This document shows positions 12,750 to 26,948 of a DNA stretch of 64,000 nt, piece by piece. The translations under genes and the position numbers were made by a program. The stretch spans positions 372,001 through 436,000 of the forward strand of contig CM074516.1 in NCBI GenBank assembly GCA_037379345.1, written 5' to 3'. The number at the start of each line of letters is the position of its first letter. Position 1 is the stretch's first letter. The DNA is from Perna viridis (Eukaryota). The notes under the pieces are model-generated. The model was not told the DNA's origin, did no database searches, and was given only the letters and a program-made list of their open reading frames with translations.

Positions 12750-13320
12750 CTGTCTGTGTAATCAAGGAGACTCAGGTGACTAAGTGACTTGCCTGTGAAG
12801 TTCTGTGTAATCAAGGAGACTTGGATGACTTAGTGACTTGCCTTGGAAGTCCTGTGTAATCAAGGAGACTTGGATGACTTTGTGACTTGCCTCAGAAGTT
12901 CTATGTAACCTAGAATATGGGTGACTTAGTGACTTGTCTCGGAAGTTCTATTTAACTTAGGATATGGGTGACTTAGTGACTTGCCTCAGAAGTTCTGTGT
13001 AATCAAGGAGACTTGGATGACTTTGTGACTTGCCTCAGAAGTTCTGTGTAACCTGGGATATGGGTGACTTAGTGACTTGCCTCGGAAGTTCTATGTAACC
13101 TAGGATATGGGTGACTTAGTGACCTTGTCTCGGAAGTTCTATTTAACCTAGGACATGGGTGACTTAGTGACTTGCCTCAGAAGTTCTGTGTAATCAAGGA
13201 GACTTGGTGACTTAGTGACTTGCCTCAGAAGTTCTATTTAACCTAGGATATGGGTGACTTAGTGACTTGCCTCAGAAGTTCTATTTAACCTAGGATATGG
13301 GTGACTTAGTGAGCTTAGTG
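12750..13320. repeat. Minisatellite, ~47-48-bp unit in two variants (gtgacttagtgacttgcctcagaagttct...)
   Basis: Direct inspection. Confidence 0.95.
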
Positions 13321-14630
13321 ACAGCCCTCATTGTTTTGATCATTCTGGTGTTGCTCTGTTTTATGGGGATAGCTATAGGTTTTGGTGTATGGATGCTGAA
13401 AAATGTATGTACCAATGCTAATACTCCTATTTGCGCTGTTAGGTTGTAATCATGATGAATCACAAGTAGCAATGTTTTTCACAACTATCTGACCTGAATA
13501 CATTTTGCATTTACCATTTTTTATGTCCCCTTTCTTTAAGGTAATCTATTTTGCTACTGCCCATGTGGATACATCTGTCATAATCTAAACATAGGGGCTG
13601 AATTGCTCCCACTATCAAATATGCAGCCCCATTAATATGTAAACACTAAAAGGATGATCCTAGACTTTGGATCACTTCAACTCAACTTTAAAAAAAAAAA
13701 ACAATAAAATTGAACATATTGATATTTACTGCTCTGCAATCACTAAACAAAGAAAGATTCTAATGATTTGACCATGAAATACTTCTTATTCAATCAAAAC
13801 AAACTTCACATTGATATACTAGTAGCTCAGGGTTTATCATGTGGTGCACATTAACACTAGAAACTAAAAATCTAGTGTTGTTGTAGATCCCTGATGTTTA
13901 GTAATGCCAAGGTTAAAGTAGTTTCACAAAAGTATGGTTATAAGAAACTGGTATACAGGAATATACTCCTGAGATATACAACATATACTATAAGTAAAAT
14001 TTACTATTTCTTGATACATAAACCAGCAGTTAACATATGTTACCGAGGAAGAACTTAACAAATGATAATGGTAATGATAAGTACAGCCTTACAGGAGCCT
14101 TCATCACTCTAACTGGTAAATTCATCTTCATTCTATCCCTACCAGGCTATATTTTTGCCTCATCATTTTGATGCAAATGTATTGTGCAGCTCTTTGATAG
14201 CTCTGTTTTTCCCCTGTGTACAGGTGATTCATCTCAACCTTATATTTAACCTCTATACCTAGGGGAGACAACTGCACTAATTTGATAATTACTATTGTTT
14301 GCAGATGTAAGGATGTTTGCTGTTCTATTTAAAAATAACAAGGATTTCAAAAGGTTGTGAAATCTTTTAAGATCTTTCATGCTAGAACAATGTAAGAAGA
14401 AAAAAAATAGATATGTCATTGTGCTCTTTTGAGATATAAGCCTTTGAAATTGTGGTGGGAAAAGCATTTCTCTAGATTTTCCATAGGCTTTGTCTTAGTA
14501 GGTTTTATCTATTAAAAACACTGAAGAAAAGATAAGGATTTGATAAAAACTTCCGAAATAACATTTTGAGGTGTGTTTCGTAAAATATGAAAAGAAAAGA
14601 TAGAGTCACTGGGCAAAACATATTAATGCT

Positions 14631-14729
14631 ATGAAATGGATAAAACAAGAGGAGTCCGAAAATCTGACCAAAATGTCTGAACATGACCAGCAAACATCTT
14701 TAAGATTTACTTGGGAGTACTGTTCTACT
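14631..14729 (+). CDS. Candidate alternative first coding segment, MKWIKQEESENLTKMSEHDQQTSLRFTWEYCST
   Basis: ATG after an in-frame stop, 33 hydrophilic codons, ACT|gtaggt donor in phase 0. Confidence 0.35.
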
Positions 14730-15248
14730 GTAGGTATCTTATATTGAGATTAATAAGTCCATCAAAATTCGCCCTAAATTTCCAAATTTGAGTAAAATTG
14801 TGTTATGCTATAAACCTATGTATTTTAGCAGATACTTACTATCACTTTTATGGATATCAATTTGATTTTGCTATTATTTAATTCTGTAAACAAGTATTCC
14901 CTAACAAAAGGACTTATACATGGCTATTTATTTGGGTAATTTTTTTTCTTATTTCTTGTGAAATATAGCACAAAATTCACACTTCGTTTAAAAAAGTTGA
15001 TGGATAGTAGTTTTTACATCTGTATCCCTCCTACTGTTTCAAAACTTTTTAATTTTCTTGAAAATTTTGGTGCTTCAGAATTAATACATACCTTCTGTAA
15101 GACGTTGTAAAATGTCCAAAATTTGTTATTTTCTAACCCCACTATGTATGAATACCTAGTACTTTGTTAGAAGTTATTTATATATATCTTCTGATGAGTT
15201 ATTTCTGTTTTTTAATAGGAAAAAGTGTAAATTACTCATGTTACGTAC

Positions 15249-15694
15249 TATGGCAAGCCAAAGTGGACAAAAATCAATATTTTGTAATATTAGAAATTTA
15301 TTTTGTAATATTACAAATTTATTTTGCAATATTACAAATTTATTTTGTAATATTACAAATTTTTTTTTGTAATATTAAAAATTCATTTACTTAATCAGGA
15401 ATTTGTAATGTTACAAAATGAATTTCTAATATTGAAAATCATCATTGAATACGACAAATCTATTTTCTAATATTAGAAAATCGATTTCTAATATTCAAAA
15501 ATGTTTTTTTAATATTAGAAATTCAATTGAATTTGTAATATTAAAAAATGATTTTTTAATATTAAAAAAGTTTTTTGTGAAATTAGAAATCTAATTTGTA
15601 GTATTAGAAAATGAATTCGTAATATTAAAAAATCATGTTTTAATACATGTTGTATTAGCAAAATGATCGTTTTTGTTTACTTTGGCTTGCCATA
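15249..15694. mobile_element. MITE with 16-bp perfect TIRs and an AT-rich internal ~21-bp repeat
   Basis: TATGGCAAGCCAAAGT (15249-15264) and ACTTTGGCTTGCCATA (15679-15694); interior repeats of tttgtaatattacaaat; TSD unclear. Confidence 0.8.
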
Positions 15695-16059
15695 TAGATC
15701 TGCTTAACTAATCTGTTTTATCAATCTTTTGTGTAAAAGTTTAGATCATTGTTTCTAAATAGAACATTTATTGTTATTACCAGGCTTTTTCTAGAACGTA
15801 ATGTTATTTTTTTTTAATGAACATTCATTTCATATTTTAGACTACAATAATCATGGTCTTATAACAGACAGATCTCTATAAAACATTTGAATGATCACTT
15901 TTTCTTTCTGTGAATTTTTTTTATTTTGTTTTTGATTGATAGTCTTATCATAGATTATAACAACTGCTATACATTTAGTCCACCAACAAATAAAAAAGTT
16001 CAAATTATGGAATAAATTGCAATATAATGCAATAACATTCTAATATTGCTTTATTACAG

Positions 16060-16437
16060 GCATATGAAGATGAATTAAGAAGAAGACAGTCCAGTTTTAC
16101 TGCATTAACAAGAAAAGGGGAACAACTCTGTTTGGAAGGTGCTAATGAAATTACCGAACCAGAACTTGATTATTTGAGCAAACGGTGGAATGATGTTGAC
16201 AAAAGATGTGTTACTTATCGTCATAAAAAACAGGATGTTAGTGTGGCTGATAAGGTCATTTCAGTTAGGAGTCAAAATGTTTCGTCACGTAAGGATTCTT
16301 CCCCTTATCCGTCTCAATTTACATTGGACTTACAAAGTCTTATGGATAAAATTTCACATATTCAAAGTTCATTGAGGTCACCAGAACTCCATGGCAACGA
16401 ATATGAAGACCTTTCACAGCAGGATGCTATTTTAAAA
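16060..16437 (+). CDS. DMD: Dystrophin exon H (fused equivalent of exons 41+42), AYEDELRRR...LSKRW...YEDLSQQDAILK
   Basis: ttattacag acceptor, AAA|gtaagt donor, 378 nt (human 183+195), phase 0-0; LSKRW and EDL motifs as in human. Confidence 0.93.
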
Positions 16438-17729
16438 GTAAGTTTTTATCTAAAGCTAATAGTGATGTTTTAAACAATAGTTGACCTTCATTAGGTTACA
16501 GATCCTTCCTGCCATGGAATAAGGTTGGGAAGAAAAGGAGAAAAATTTAAAACACTCACAGATTACTGAAATGGAAACTGAAATATTCTCTCAGAAAAAA
16601 AATGATCAACCACTTTACAATATGCAACTAATAGTTTATACATGCTCCTTCTGAAAAAAAAAAAAAAACAAAAACATCTTCTTTTGTCTAATTAGTCGTT
16701 TTGCCAACCAAAGGACTAGCAATCCTTTGAAATTATAATCAAAAACATTTCCATCAGATATTAACCATGTTCGTTACTGAGATTAGATTATTTTATAATA
16801 TTGAAGATGATATTTCCATGTAAACTTCAGTAACAAGCTGTGACAAGTTTACATTAGCACTAATTATGACTTGCCTATAAACCTTGTTTTGGCAACCATG
16901 TAGAATCTATGTTACTTTGACATTTACTGAGGGTACAATCTTGTCCTCCCATTATGTTATCTTGGTATTGTAAGTATCAGCTACTAGCTCTTTTTATAAT
17001 GATTTATTGGTCAATAATGATAGTCTGATTCCTGCTTCTATCAAGGGATAAAACAGCACATATTTATGTATTAGATTTCTATAAAATCTGATATTACCAG
17101 TGCTCAGACCTGAAGGATAAAGGAATTACTTGCTCTTAGATCTTGGTTTTTTATGAAACTTTACTGACCATCATAAACTCTACATTACATTAGTAACCAT
17201 CTGTATTGACCATCAGGAAACTCACATGACATTTGTAACCATCTTTACTGACTGTTAGGAAATTTGACACATTTTGTGATTTTTTAAATACACTACTAGT
17301 CGAGATACTTCCAAACTGAATATTGCTACAGAAGGGGTCAATACACTTCAACAATGATGATAAGTATGCTGTTTTGGTATTCACCCAAATTCAGTTATCA
17401 CAATGAAGCTTGTCATTGATTTTCAATATTCACAAAGAAAGTGTATATTATACACTGGGGATTATTAAATGTTGAAAACATTTTTTTCCCCATGGGGATT
17501 CATCTGATTTACTGATATATTGACAATAATGCCTAATTTTCTTAAATGAACAAGAACAACAAATCTAATAAATCTGTAAGCTTTTCATTAAGAATGACAC
17601 CATACTGGTAAGATATCTCACAGCAGTGCACACACTTCATAGTTCAAGCAAAAATCCATATATTAACAGCCATTTTTCCCTTAGATTTTAGAAGGCTTTT
17701 CAATTGAGTTTTTAAATTTTGATTTCTAG

Positions 17730-17902
17730 AAAGTCCAGTCAGACCTACAGAAATTGGCAGGGCAGGTTGGAAAGTTGGATGATTTAAAAGTAGAAGTTTT
17801 ACCACAATGTACAGTTGATGAGGGGAGACAACTTCATGTAACTCTGGATCAATTGAATGCAGATTGGAAACAAGTGAACGATGACTTCCATATTAGTCAT
17901 AG
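17730..17902 (+). CDS. DMD: Dystrophin exon I (exon 43 equivalent), KVQSDLQK...LDQLNADWKQVNDDFHISH
   Basis: tttctag acceptor, AG|gtatgt donor, 173 nt, phase 0-2. Confidence 0.92.
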
Positions 17903-20900
17903 GTATGTAATTAATGACAGAAAATACCACACAGCACTATTCTTTTTATCATAAAGTTTGGTAATAACTCTTTGTTTCTCTCACAGTCTGTTTCACTGTC
18001 TGACTATGCTTCATTAGTTGTAAACAATGACTTTGTTTGAGGAGTTGTGGAGAAAGGAAGTTTTTGAGAGCCCATTTTATTTTTTTGTATTCCTCTAAAT
18101 TAATTCAACACTCTTTTAGGACCTTCATACAGAAATGAAGTGAGAGATGTAGCATGTGGGTGTGACCTTAGTGGATTGACATGTAGATAGAAAAGTTTTG
18201 ATTATGAAATGCATTGGTCATTTTTCATGCAGATGGCTCACGTTTTTAAGGTTGTTATACCCCCACAAAAGAAGTGGGAGGATATATAGATTTCACCCTG
18301 TCTGTCTGTCTATTTTCTAAGCAGATTGCAACATTGTCAAGAAACTTTGTGGGATATAATGTAACCATGTGGTGACGTGCATACTGTCAACAAAAAAATA
18401 TAGTACAGATTATGATGTGGAGTTGGGTGTTTTAGAAAGGGCAGTAAAATTGTGTATCAAAAATTCTTACTTTATCTCCAGTCAAATTATGTCTAATATA
18501 AATAGCATTGGTCCTCAAATGGTTCAACAAGGGGTATTAGTCCCTTTACAGGCAATGTCTAGTTTTTTCATAGGTAGCAACTTTTGTTCTAATTTTCCAC
18601 AGATGAAAAACTATTTAAATGTCTAATGAAATAAACTTACTGGTCAAGTTGAGGATTGAATTGTATTGACATCAGATTGTACACTTCATGTAGTTCTGTG
18701 ACAAGATGTATTATGATAATGTAGGTTTACAAAATGATCATACATAGTTCATGTCTCCTTTGTACATTGATGACTCTGTTTGATTAATAATATTATACCG
18801 GTACATATTAATAATACATATCAGATATTATATGTTGCTTATGATGAAATTCTATACTAGAAAAAATTGACAAAGGTTTTCAAATGGTTCAAAGTTAAGA
18901 TGTGTATCATGGATGACATTGTTTAAATAGTGGGAAATATACATACTATAAGTAGATAGTGGGATATTTGGGATTAGAATACGGCTTACTATGGAATCAA
19001 AGTACTAAAGCATCCATTGACATATAGCTAAATGTACAGTTGTAAGAGAATGATTCTTAAATCTCCTGAGACGACATTCCAAACCAGCTATGAATGAATG
19101 ATATATTAGAGAAAATTGGAATATTTCATTTATTTATTATTTATGTAAAAATAAACATTGGTAATGGATGCATTGGGTATAAATAGTGAAGTTCATTTGA
19201 CTGGTAATATTGAAAATTAGTTAATGCTGAAAATATACCTTTTCTATGCTTTTTGTTGAGGACAAAAATGTGTTTTATGTTTTGACTGGTTTCAGTGGTT
19301 TGCTGTTTATTAACAGTATAATGAGGAATATTAAATCTGACAGTTCAAAAGGAGCATAGTAAGGGATAATTCAAAAGGAGCATAGTAAGGGATAATTCAA
19401 AATGGAGCATAGTAAGGGATAATTCATAATGGAGCATACTAAAGGATAAAATATTGAGTGAATATCCATGTCTTAATTAGTCACAAAAACTTTATGATTA
19501 ACAACAATGGAAGCTTTTGCAGGATTTAGCCTTGTCACTATGTGCTGAAGTAAACGTGTATTTTGAGAAATAGCTGTTCACTTGGGACAGCATCAATTTA
19601 GCAATATTTTACATTACTGGACTGATCAATATTGATACCATCCCAAGCACTTTCTGTGAATTAAAAATTTCACCAACATCAGCTGATTTCTGTAAACATA
19701 AGTTAAATAGTCCAGTTATTATAGATCCATTGCTGGTAGATGAATTAAACAATACCAAATATATTTGATCAGTTGATATTTTTGTGAACATCAACCAATT
19801 TGCTTGGATGTTTTATTCTGTAGAAAATTTACAAAGGCAGCTATTGAGTACAACAGAATGATGTGTTCTTTCCAAAGATAATTTTATGTATAAAAGGATC
19901 TTAACAGAGCTTTGGAATACACATGGATTTTGTTATACTACATAATCTGAAGCACTTTTAATGTTTGATGTTACAACATGTAGTCATTACATTTACATTG
20001 TCATTCTGTCAATGAATAAGTCATCAGATAAATTTAATGTTCAATATAGCAGGTATTATTCATCTTTGATAAAGTGAATTTGATTTCTGGTATTTATAGA
20101 CAGATACTGTATTTCGTAAAGGAGAGATAGTGTTTCACGCCAACTTATGAATTAGATTTTGACAACAGTATTACCACCTGTACAATACCTTATTGTATAC
20201 ATCATATCAAACTTTATCACAATTCAGTAAATATCTGGTTCTGTACTAATCTCTTATAATAAGTTATTATCACCCTCTCCCAGATGTAAAAGAACCCTTT
20301 GTAGAACCTAGTCTCTGTATACATCTGGTCCAACCTCTTCTATTGACAAGTTATTACCAGAAGGTCCTCTGTCAGCCTTTGTAGAACCTCTAGGGTAGGC
20401 AAGCTTATACTGTGGATGATACAAATGAACCGGTGTACTATGGAATACTACAGATAGTGTGATGAATTTCTTCTGATACTTTAATTTAGAATTATATTGA
20501 TGTTACTTTGCCCAGTGTGAAACTCTTGGACCAAGTCAACTGCATGACCTTGTTGTGTTGTTCTTATAGCTGATTTGATGTCACTTAAACAATGACATTG
20601 TGAAGATACATGTATGACATTACTCAGTAATCATTTCTCAATATCAGATACAAGATTTATAACACATTGTTATTTATCATATATCTATAAAGTTCATTAG
20701 TGGACTTTCATTGAAAAGAAATTATTTAATGAGATATTTGATATGTAGTCCATTGTATTGCTGGCTTTAAGACTGAAAGATGATCCTCTAAGAATACATT
20801 GTTTGGAGTGACTAGGATGTTAAATGTGTTGTCTTAATGTAAATCGCTCCTTTAAACTATTGTGGATTTGTTGGGGGAAAATGTGCTAGAATCATGGAAT

Positions 20901-21944
20901 TCTTATGGAAATGCAAGAAAGTATTTTGGGATTTATATTTAGGCTTACTACCCATAGTGCTGGAATCGTGAACATAATGGAAATCTAGTAAAGTAGAGAA
21001 TATTGTTGAGAATTCAGATCAAGCTGTTAGCATTTGTTGGTTGTTTCATCAGCTCAGTGATAAAACATACATTTATTACCCTTTAATGTGGACTGTGAAT
21101 GCAAAATTTGCAACAAGACTGACAACATGCCTGTAGTATAAAGTTACAAATAGACCTTATTATTTACAGACATAATAGTAACAGCAGTATTGTCTGGAAT
21201 AAAGGGAGTTTGAAATATTACTGCTTTACTGGTTCTAAAGATGTATAGGATTGTCAAAGAATTCATCATGTTGAAGTGATCTGTCAGAAACAATTAGTGA
21301 TTCTAAATATTTCCCTTTGTTTGTTTGTTTACAATAATTAGACCTAAATTATGAACCTCTATTAGCACATGCATGGAATGTGAGACATGGCTAGAATAAT
21401 ACAGGGTAGAATTGTAGTCCCTAATGACTTGAATCTCATCAAGTGAGTATGAATCATGGTCTTAGCCATCTATTAATGTATAGTGTGTGTATTTATATGA
21501 TAAGTAAAAGTACTATTGGTTAGGATGAGAAATACTTAGATCAAGGTGGAAAAATATTTAGTTCAAGGTGGTTGCAAATACACAGGTCAAGGTGGTTATG
21601 AATACATAGATTAAGGTGGTGAAACACTTAGGACAAGGTGGTGAAATACATAGGTCAAGGTGGTGAAATGCATAGGTCAAAGTGGCAAATACATGTACAT
21701 AGTTAAGGGTGTAAAACACATAGATCAAGGTAGTTAAAATAACTATAACCCTGGTAAAACAGACAGGCTCAACTTACACTGGGCATACAGAATTTTACAA
21801 ATCAAAATTTAATTTTTCAGAGAGTTTTTCAAGAAGTATTCTACCTCATTCTAGTCAAATTCTAGTAAATTACCAATAGTACAAATTCAATTTTAAGAGT
21901 ATATTTTTTTTATTTGTGAGTATCAAATTGCTGCCATTTTACAG

Positions 21945-22077
21945 GAGATGGACCAAGGCAACAGAACAATGGCAACAGTTCCATGGTGATCTCAAATCTC
22001 TCACAACATGGCTTACAGTGACAGAAGACACACTAAAAACTATATCTAACAACCCTGATCAAGAAGCTGTGTACAAG
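21945..22077 (+). CDS. DMD: Dystrophin exon J (exon 44 equivalent), RWTKATEQWQQFHGDLKSLTTWLTVTE...VYK
   Basis: ttttacag acceptor, AAG|gtagga donor, 133 nt, phase 2-0; resembles human EKWRRFHYDIK..QWLTEAE. Confidence 0.93.
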
Positions 22078-22164
22078 GTAGGACTGTTACATTTAACTGA
22101 AAATATGTTATGAGCTGAATTCTATTGAATTTTTTTTCAATTTTCCCAACTTCCTTTTTCACAT

Positions 22165-22860
22165 TGCATTCGTCATCCTCATTTTTAACAATTTTACAAA
22201 AATCTTCTCTGAAACTACTAGACCAATTTGATCCAAACTTTTTGTGAATTTTCCTTGGGGTAACCTGCATGGAACTGGTATGGGGATTTTTGATCCATTG
22301 AAAAACATTGCCACCATTTGGCAATTTTTAAATGTTATTTCTCTAAAAAAATCTTCTCCTCTGACAATACTTGACCAATTGAAACCAAATTTGGTATGAA
22401 TGTTCCTTGGGGTATCCTGCGTAGATGTGGGGATTTTTGATCTATCAAAAAAACATGGCTGCCGTTACTAAAATAGAACATAGGGGTCAGACAGTAGTTT
22501 CTCACTTAATATATCTCCAAAACCGTTAGGTTTAGCCAAATTTTTTCAATGGCTGAATTGTTCCTTATTATAAGGCCTACAAAAGTCTCCAGGGATCAAA
22601 GTTGTCATACGACTCCTTGTAAGAGTTATTTCCCTTGAAAGATAAAAAATGACAGGGTTTTTTTTTTTACAGTTTTCAGCCAATATCTTGAAAACTATAA
22701 TAGATGGAAAGAAACTTTCAGTTACTGGAATGATCCTTATGATAAGTCCTACCAAAGTCTTCTTTAGTCAAAATTTTTGGACAACTCCTTGTTAAGTTTA
22801 TTGCCCTTAAAAGGCAAAGTTTAACAAGGTGAGCGATTCAGGCTCTTAGGAGCCTCTTGT
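22165..22860 (+). mobile_element. Helentron/HINE-like element, 5'-truncated
   Basis: 3' end aggtgagcgattc followed by hairpin AGGCTC-ttag-GAGCCT; internal cttctcctctga...gaccaat...accaaa units shared with 31090-31950. Confidence 0.7.
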
Positions 22861-22864
22861 TGCT

Positions 22865-23110
22865 CTGCTGTTTTATCCTCAGCCTCCAAATATAACCATA
22901 GCCCTGATGTTTTATTCTCAGCCTCTAAATATAACCACAGCCCTGGTGTTTAATCCTCAGCCTCCAAATACATCCACAGCCCTGATGTTTTATCCTCAGT
23001 TTCCAAATATAACCACAGCCCTGATATTTTATCCTCTGTCTCCAAATATAGCCACAGCCCTGATGTTTTATCCTCAGTCTCCAAATGTAACCAAAAGCCT
23101 GCTATTTTAG
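22865..23110. repeat. 39-bp tandem repeat
   Basis: gttttatcctcagcctccaaatataaccacagccctgat units. Confidence 0.9.
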
Positions 23111-23159
23111 CTGGGAATGTAAACAACTTATATGGGTAATGGAATGTTTTGGAAAGGTA

Positions 23160-24075
23160 ATTAACTCATGTGAGTTATTGAATGATCAGGTAAGTTAATA
23201 GACTCATGTGAGATATTGAATGATCAGGAAAGTTGATAGATTCATGTGAGTTATTGAATGATCAGGAAAGTTAATAGACTCATGTGAGTTATTGAATTAT
23301 CAGGAAAGTTAATAGACTCATGTGAGGTATTGAATGATCAGGGTAGTAAGATCACATGAGTAATGGATTAAGTATGACTAACTTGAATGAATATTTGACT
23401 GATATGGGGAGGTAATCAACTCAGGTTAGGTTATTGATTGATTAGTGGAGGTAATCATCTCATGTTGGGTAATTGAGTGATTAGGGGAGGTTATCAACTC
23501 AGGTTAGGTTATTGAGTGATTAAGGGTGGTTGCTGGGGGGTATAATCTTGTGTTTGGTTATTTAGTGATGTTTTGAGGTATCCATCTTTCGTGAGTTATT
23601 GAGTGATTTGGGGGTAATCATCTTTAGTTGGGAATTGAGTGATTAAGGGAGGTATTCATTTGTGTGAGGTTACTGAGTGATTAGGGGAGGAAATGAACTC
23701 GTATTGAGTTATTGAATGATTAGGAGAGGTAATCAACTTGTGTTGGGTTATTAAGTGATTAGGGCAGGTAATCATCTTGTATTGGGTTATTGAGTGAGTA
23801 TGGTAGGTATTCATTTTGTGCGAGTTATTTAGTAATTGGGGAGGTATCATAAGTTATTGAGTGGTAAAAAGTTTTATCTTCTTTTGTTGGGAATTGAGTG
23901 ATTAGGGGATGTAATAACTTGTGTTGGGTTATTAAGTGATGAGGAGAGGTAATCATCTTGTGTGAGTTATTGAGTGATTATGGGAGGTAATAATTTGTGT
24001 TGGATTATTAAATGATTAGGAGAGGCACTCATCTTGTAATGGGGTATTGAGTGGTTAGGGGAGGTAATCAATTAA
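23160..24075. repeat. Degenerate ~37-40-bp minisatellites running up to the exon K acceptor
   Basis: gagttattgaatgatcagg and gttattgagtgattaggggaggtaatc units. Confidence 0.85.
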
Positions 24076-24115
24076 TGTTAGGTTATTGTTTGATCAGAGT
24101 TATATATTATTGTAG

Positions 24116-24291
24116 GATTTAGAAACAGAAATTAAGAAAAAACAGGGGCAGGTGAACAGTTTGAATGCTTCAGGAAAAGAAATCATTAGACACTCAGCCG
24201 CCATTGATGCCTCAGTATTGCAGGAGAAAATTGAGGTTCTAAATGAGAGATGGAAAGTAGTTTGTTCTACCGTGGTTGACAGACATGACAA
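24116..24291 (+). CDS. DMD: Dystrophin exon K (exon 45 equivalent), DLETEIKKKQ...LNERWKVVCSTVVDRHD
   Basis: ttgtag acceptor, AA|gtttgt donor, 176 nt, phase 0-2; strong similarity to human exon 45; not in the plus-strand ORF track. Confidence 0.94.
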
Positions 24292-25093
24292 GTTTGTTCC
24301 ATTTAGTATAACTGTTGTTTTTTAAGATGAGATGGTTATATTTATAACTCCCCAATAAACCTTTCTCTTTGATAGTGCATATTTAATTTAATGATGGAAG
24401 ATATAAACCACACAATCATTTAATCTTGTAATAGTATAAATACCAGTTTATCTCCTGAATTACCAATATAAATTATCAACAAAAATTAAATGTAGCTTTT
24501 GATGTCCATTGTTTTGAGTTTATTTTTAGCACAAATGGAATAATTTAATGAAATTTAATCACTAATTAAAGATGCACTAATTCCAGAAGCCCTTAGAACT
24601 GCCTAAAACCCCTGCATTTACTATAATAGACATTGAATTATAGAAGTTAGGGCATGTGTTCATTCATATAAACCCAGTGTAGGTTTTTCAGCATTCTTGA
24701 TTGACATGTGTCATTTTCAGCAAAGTAGTTGAATACAGGTACTCTCCATATCACTTACTGTAACGTGAGACTGTATCCATGTTAACCATTGCATTTAAAT
24801 CTTGATTAATTCTACCATTAAAATTGAATTTGCAGTTTGATAAACAATACTTTTGCAATTTTATGAACTTGTAAAGATTTCCAAGTCACATCATTTGTTT
24901 CAAACAAAACTATATTATATGACTAGAATTTCCATTTCTCTGATTTTCTATGGATTTGACAGTTTAAGGAATTTAAGCTTACATTGAGTGTCAAACTGTT
25001 TTCCTATGATTACTTGGGGAAAACATTGCAAAATTTACTTTCAAGTAATGCTGGAATTGTAATTCATCTCAAAAGTTTGAATTCTATTTTTAG

Positions 25094-25244
25094 ATTTGAC
25101 AGTGACATTAGTAGTGTGCGAACAAGTGAGTTCACTGAGGATATGGATGAGTTATTTTTCTGGATTGATGATACTGAGAACATTCTCACAACTTTCGTTA
25201 CTTTAGAGGAGGATGCTCTAGAGGATTTTCTAGAAAAACTTAAG
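25094..25244 (+). CDS. DMD: Dystrophin exon L (exon 46 equivalent), FDSDISS...EFTEDMDELFFWIDDTENIL...LEKLK
   Basis: tttttag acceptor, AAG|gtttgt donor, 151 nt, phase 2-0. Confidence 0.92.
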
Positions 25245-26801
25245 GTTTGTTTTGATGCCAATTTTTTTTTTTTTTTTGCTTTTTTAATGAAATTTTCAAA
25301 ATGATGTTTTGAGGTATTGAAACATGCTTTTATTGGACGTTACTTGTTTGTCAACAGATGACAGTTACTTAAAGTGTTAATTACATCATTGGATGGACCA
25401 CTTCCAAGTATAAAATTAATGGGTTGATAGACTTTGTCAATAAATGAATTTTTCTTCAAGCATTAAATATTGCAGTATTTTTTTTACACAAATTCAGGTT
25501 CTATAGTTATGAAATTTTCTCTTTTCTCATGAACATAAACATTCACTGCAGGAATGCAATCAAATTGATTAGATTACTTTATTATTGCAATATGATCAGC
25601 ATTGGTAATTATGAAGCTTATTTGATTTGGTTTTTTAATGGCAGCAATGCAATGATGTAATTTTAATTAAAAACACAGTTAATTAGGTAATTAGTAAGGA
25701 TTTCTTTGTTCATTACTGTTGTTGTGTAGATTTAACATGACTTAGACTGTTAACTTGGCTTAGTGACCATCATCTATGTTTATTCTATTTTTCTTAATGT
25801 ACCAATCACAATATGAATGTACCGATCACTATATAAATCTACCAATCACTATATAAATGTACCAATCACTACATAAATGTACCATTTACAATATAAATGT
25901 ACCAATCACAATATAAATGTACCAATCACTATAGAAATGTATCATTCACTATATAAATGTTAGGTTTTGATTTCTTAGTCCTGGGTTCATCTTTGTGGGA
26001 AATTGCACGACACAAAATTTTACACTTTGTTTTTACAGATTGAATAAGAAATTAATTCACATGTAATACATAATCCAGCTGAAAATCAAAAACATGAGAA
26101 TATTCTTTGTAATCATAGAACATTAACTTTTGTTTATCAGAACATTCACCTATGTATAAAGATCCTTGTCAGTAAAGACCAGTCATAAACACAGTTACCT
26201 CTGTATAAAGATCCCTTGTCTGTTAGTATTGATAATTGATCAAAATTTCCATATTGATGATCATTGTGTTAACATCTACCAATGATCAATGATGGGTGTT
26301 CTGGGAGTTTGATAAGGATGAACCTTCAATGCCGTATTGCCAGAATGCCTCCATTACCAAGTTTGGATATTATTATGTCTTATGTAAATGCATGATATCA
26401 TCATTAATACAGTCGCATGTTAATTTGATGACAGACAACCAATAGAATCGTCTAATGTTACGGTTAAAAATAGAACAACTGTCTGTCATCAGAAAGATAA
26501 AAATTCCGGTCAGACTAGAGAAAAGATGGCTTCCAAAAGAAGGATAAAGAAAAAATCTTCATATTTTATAAGACATGAACGAATCAATTTTGGTATCTTG
26601 AAATCAATCATCGAATCAATAAGCTCCCCAAACAACCGATAACTCAATGATCCCAATGATTAGTGCGCCTCTACTGTCTAAAGTGATCTTTTTATGAAAC
26701 AGGTTGTTACAGAATAAGTTGTCCATGGAAACATTCACCTAATTTATCCTCCAGATGTTGTAGCCAGGAATAATTTATTGTTATAATTTTCTTTTTACAA
26801 G

Positions 26802-26948
26802 GATCGAGATGATGAGGTGGAGGCTCGTCAGCAGACACTAAATGCTGTTTTACGGAATGGACAGGCTATGCTCAAACAAGATGTTTCTGCAGAGGATAAA
26901 GATAATATTAAAAAAGACTTGGAAAATCTTCAATCAAGATTTGATACG
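26802..26948 (+). CDS. DMD: Dystrophin exon M (exon 47 equivalent), DRDDEVEARQQTLNAVLRNGQAML...LQSRFDT
   Basis: ctttttacaag acceptor, ACG|gtaaat donor, 147 nt, phase 0-0; not in the ORF track. Confidence 0.9.

Noticed and set aside
13515-13546. Strong pyrimidine tract with aag|gtaatc (recursive-site-like)
   Set aside because: It resembles the ttttatgtcccc 5' end of HINE-like repeats (compare 6883-6915), so it is probably TE-derived.
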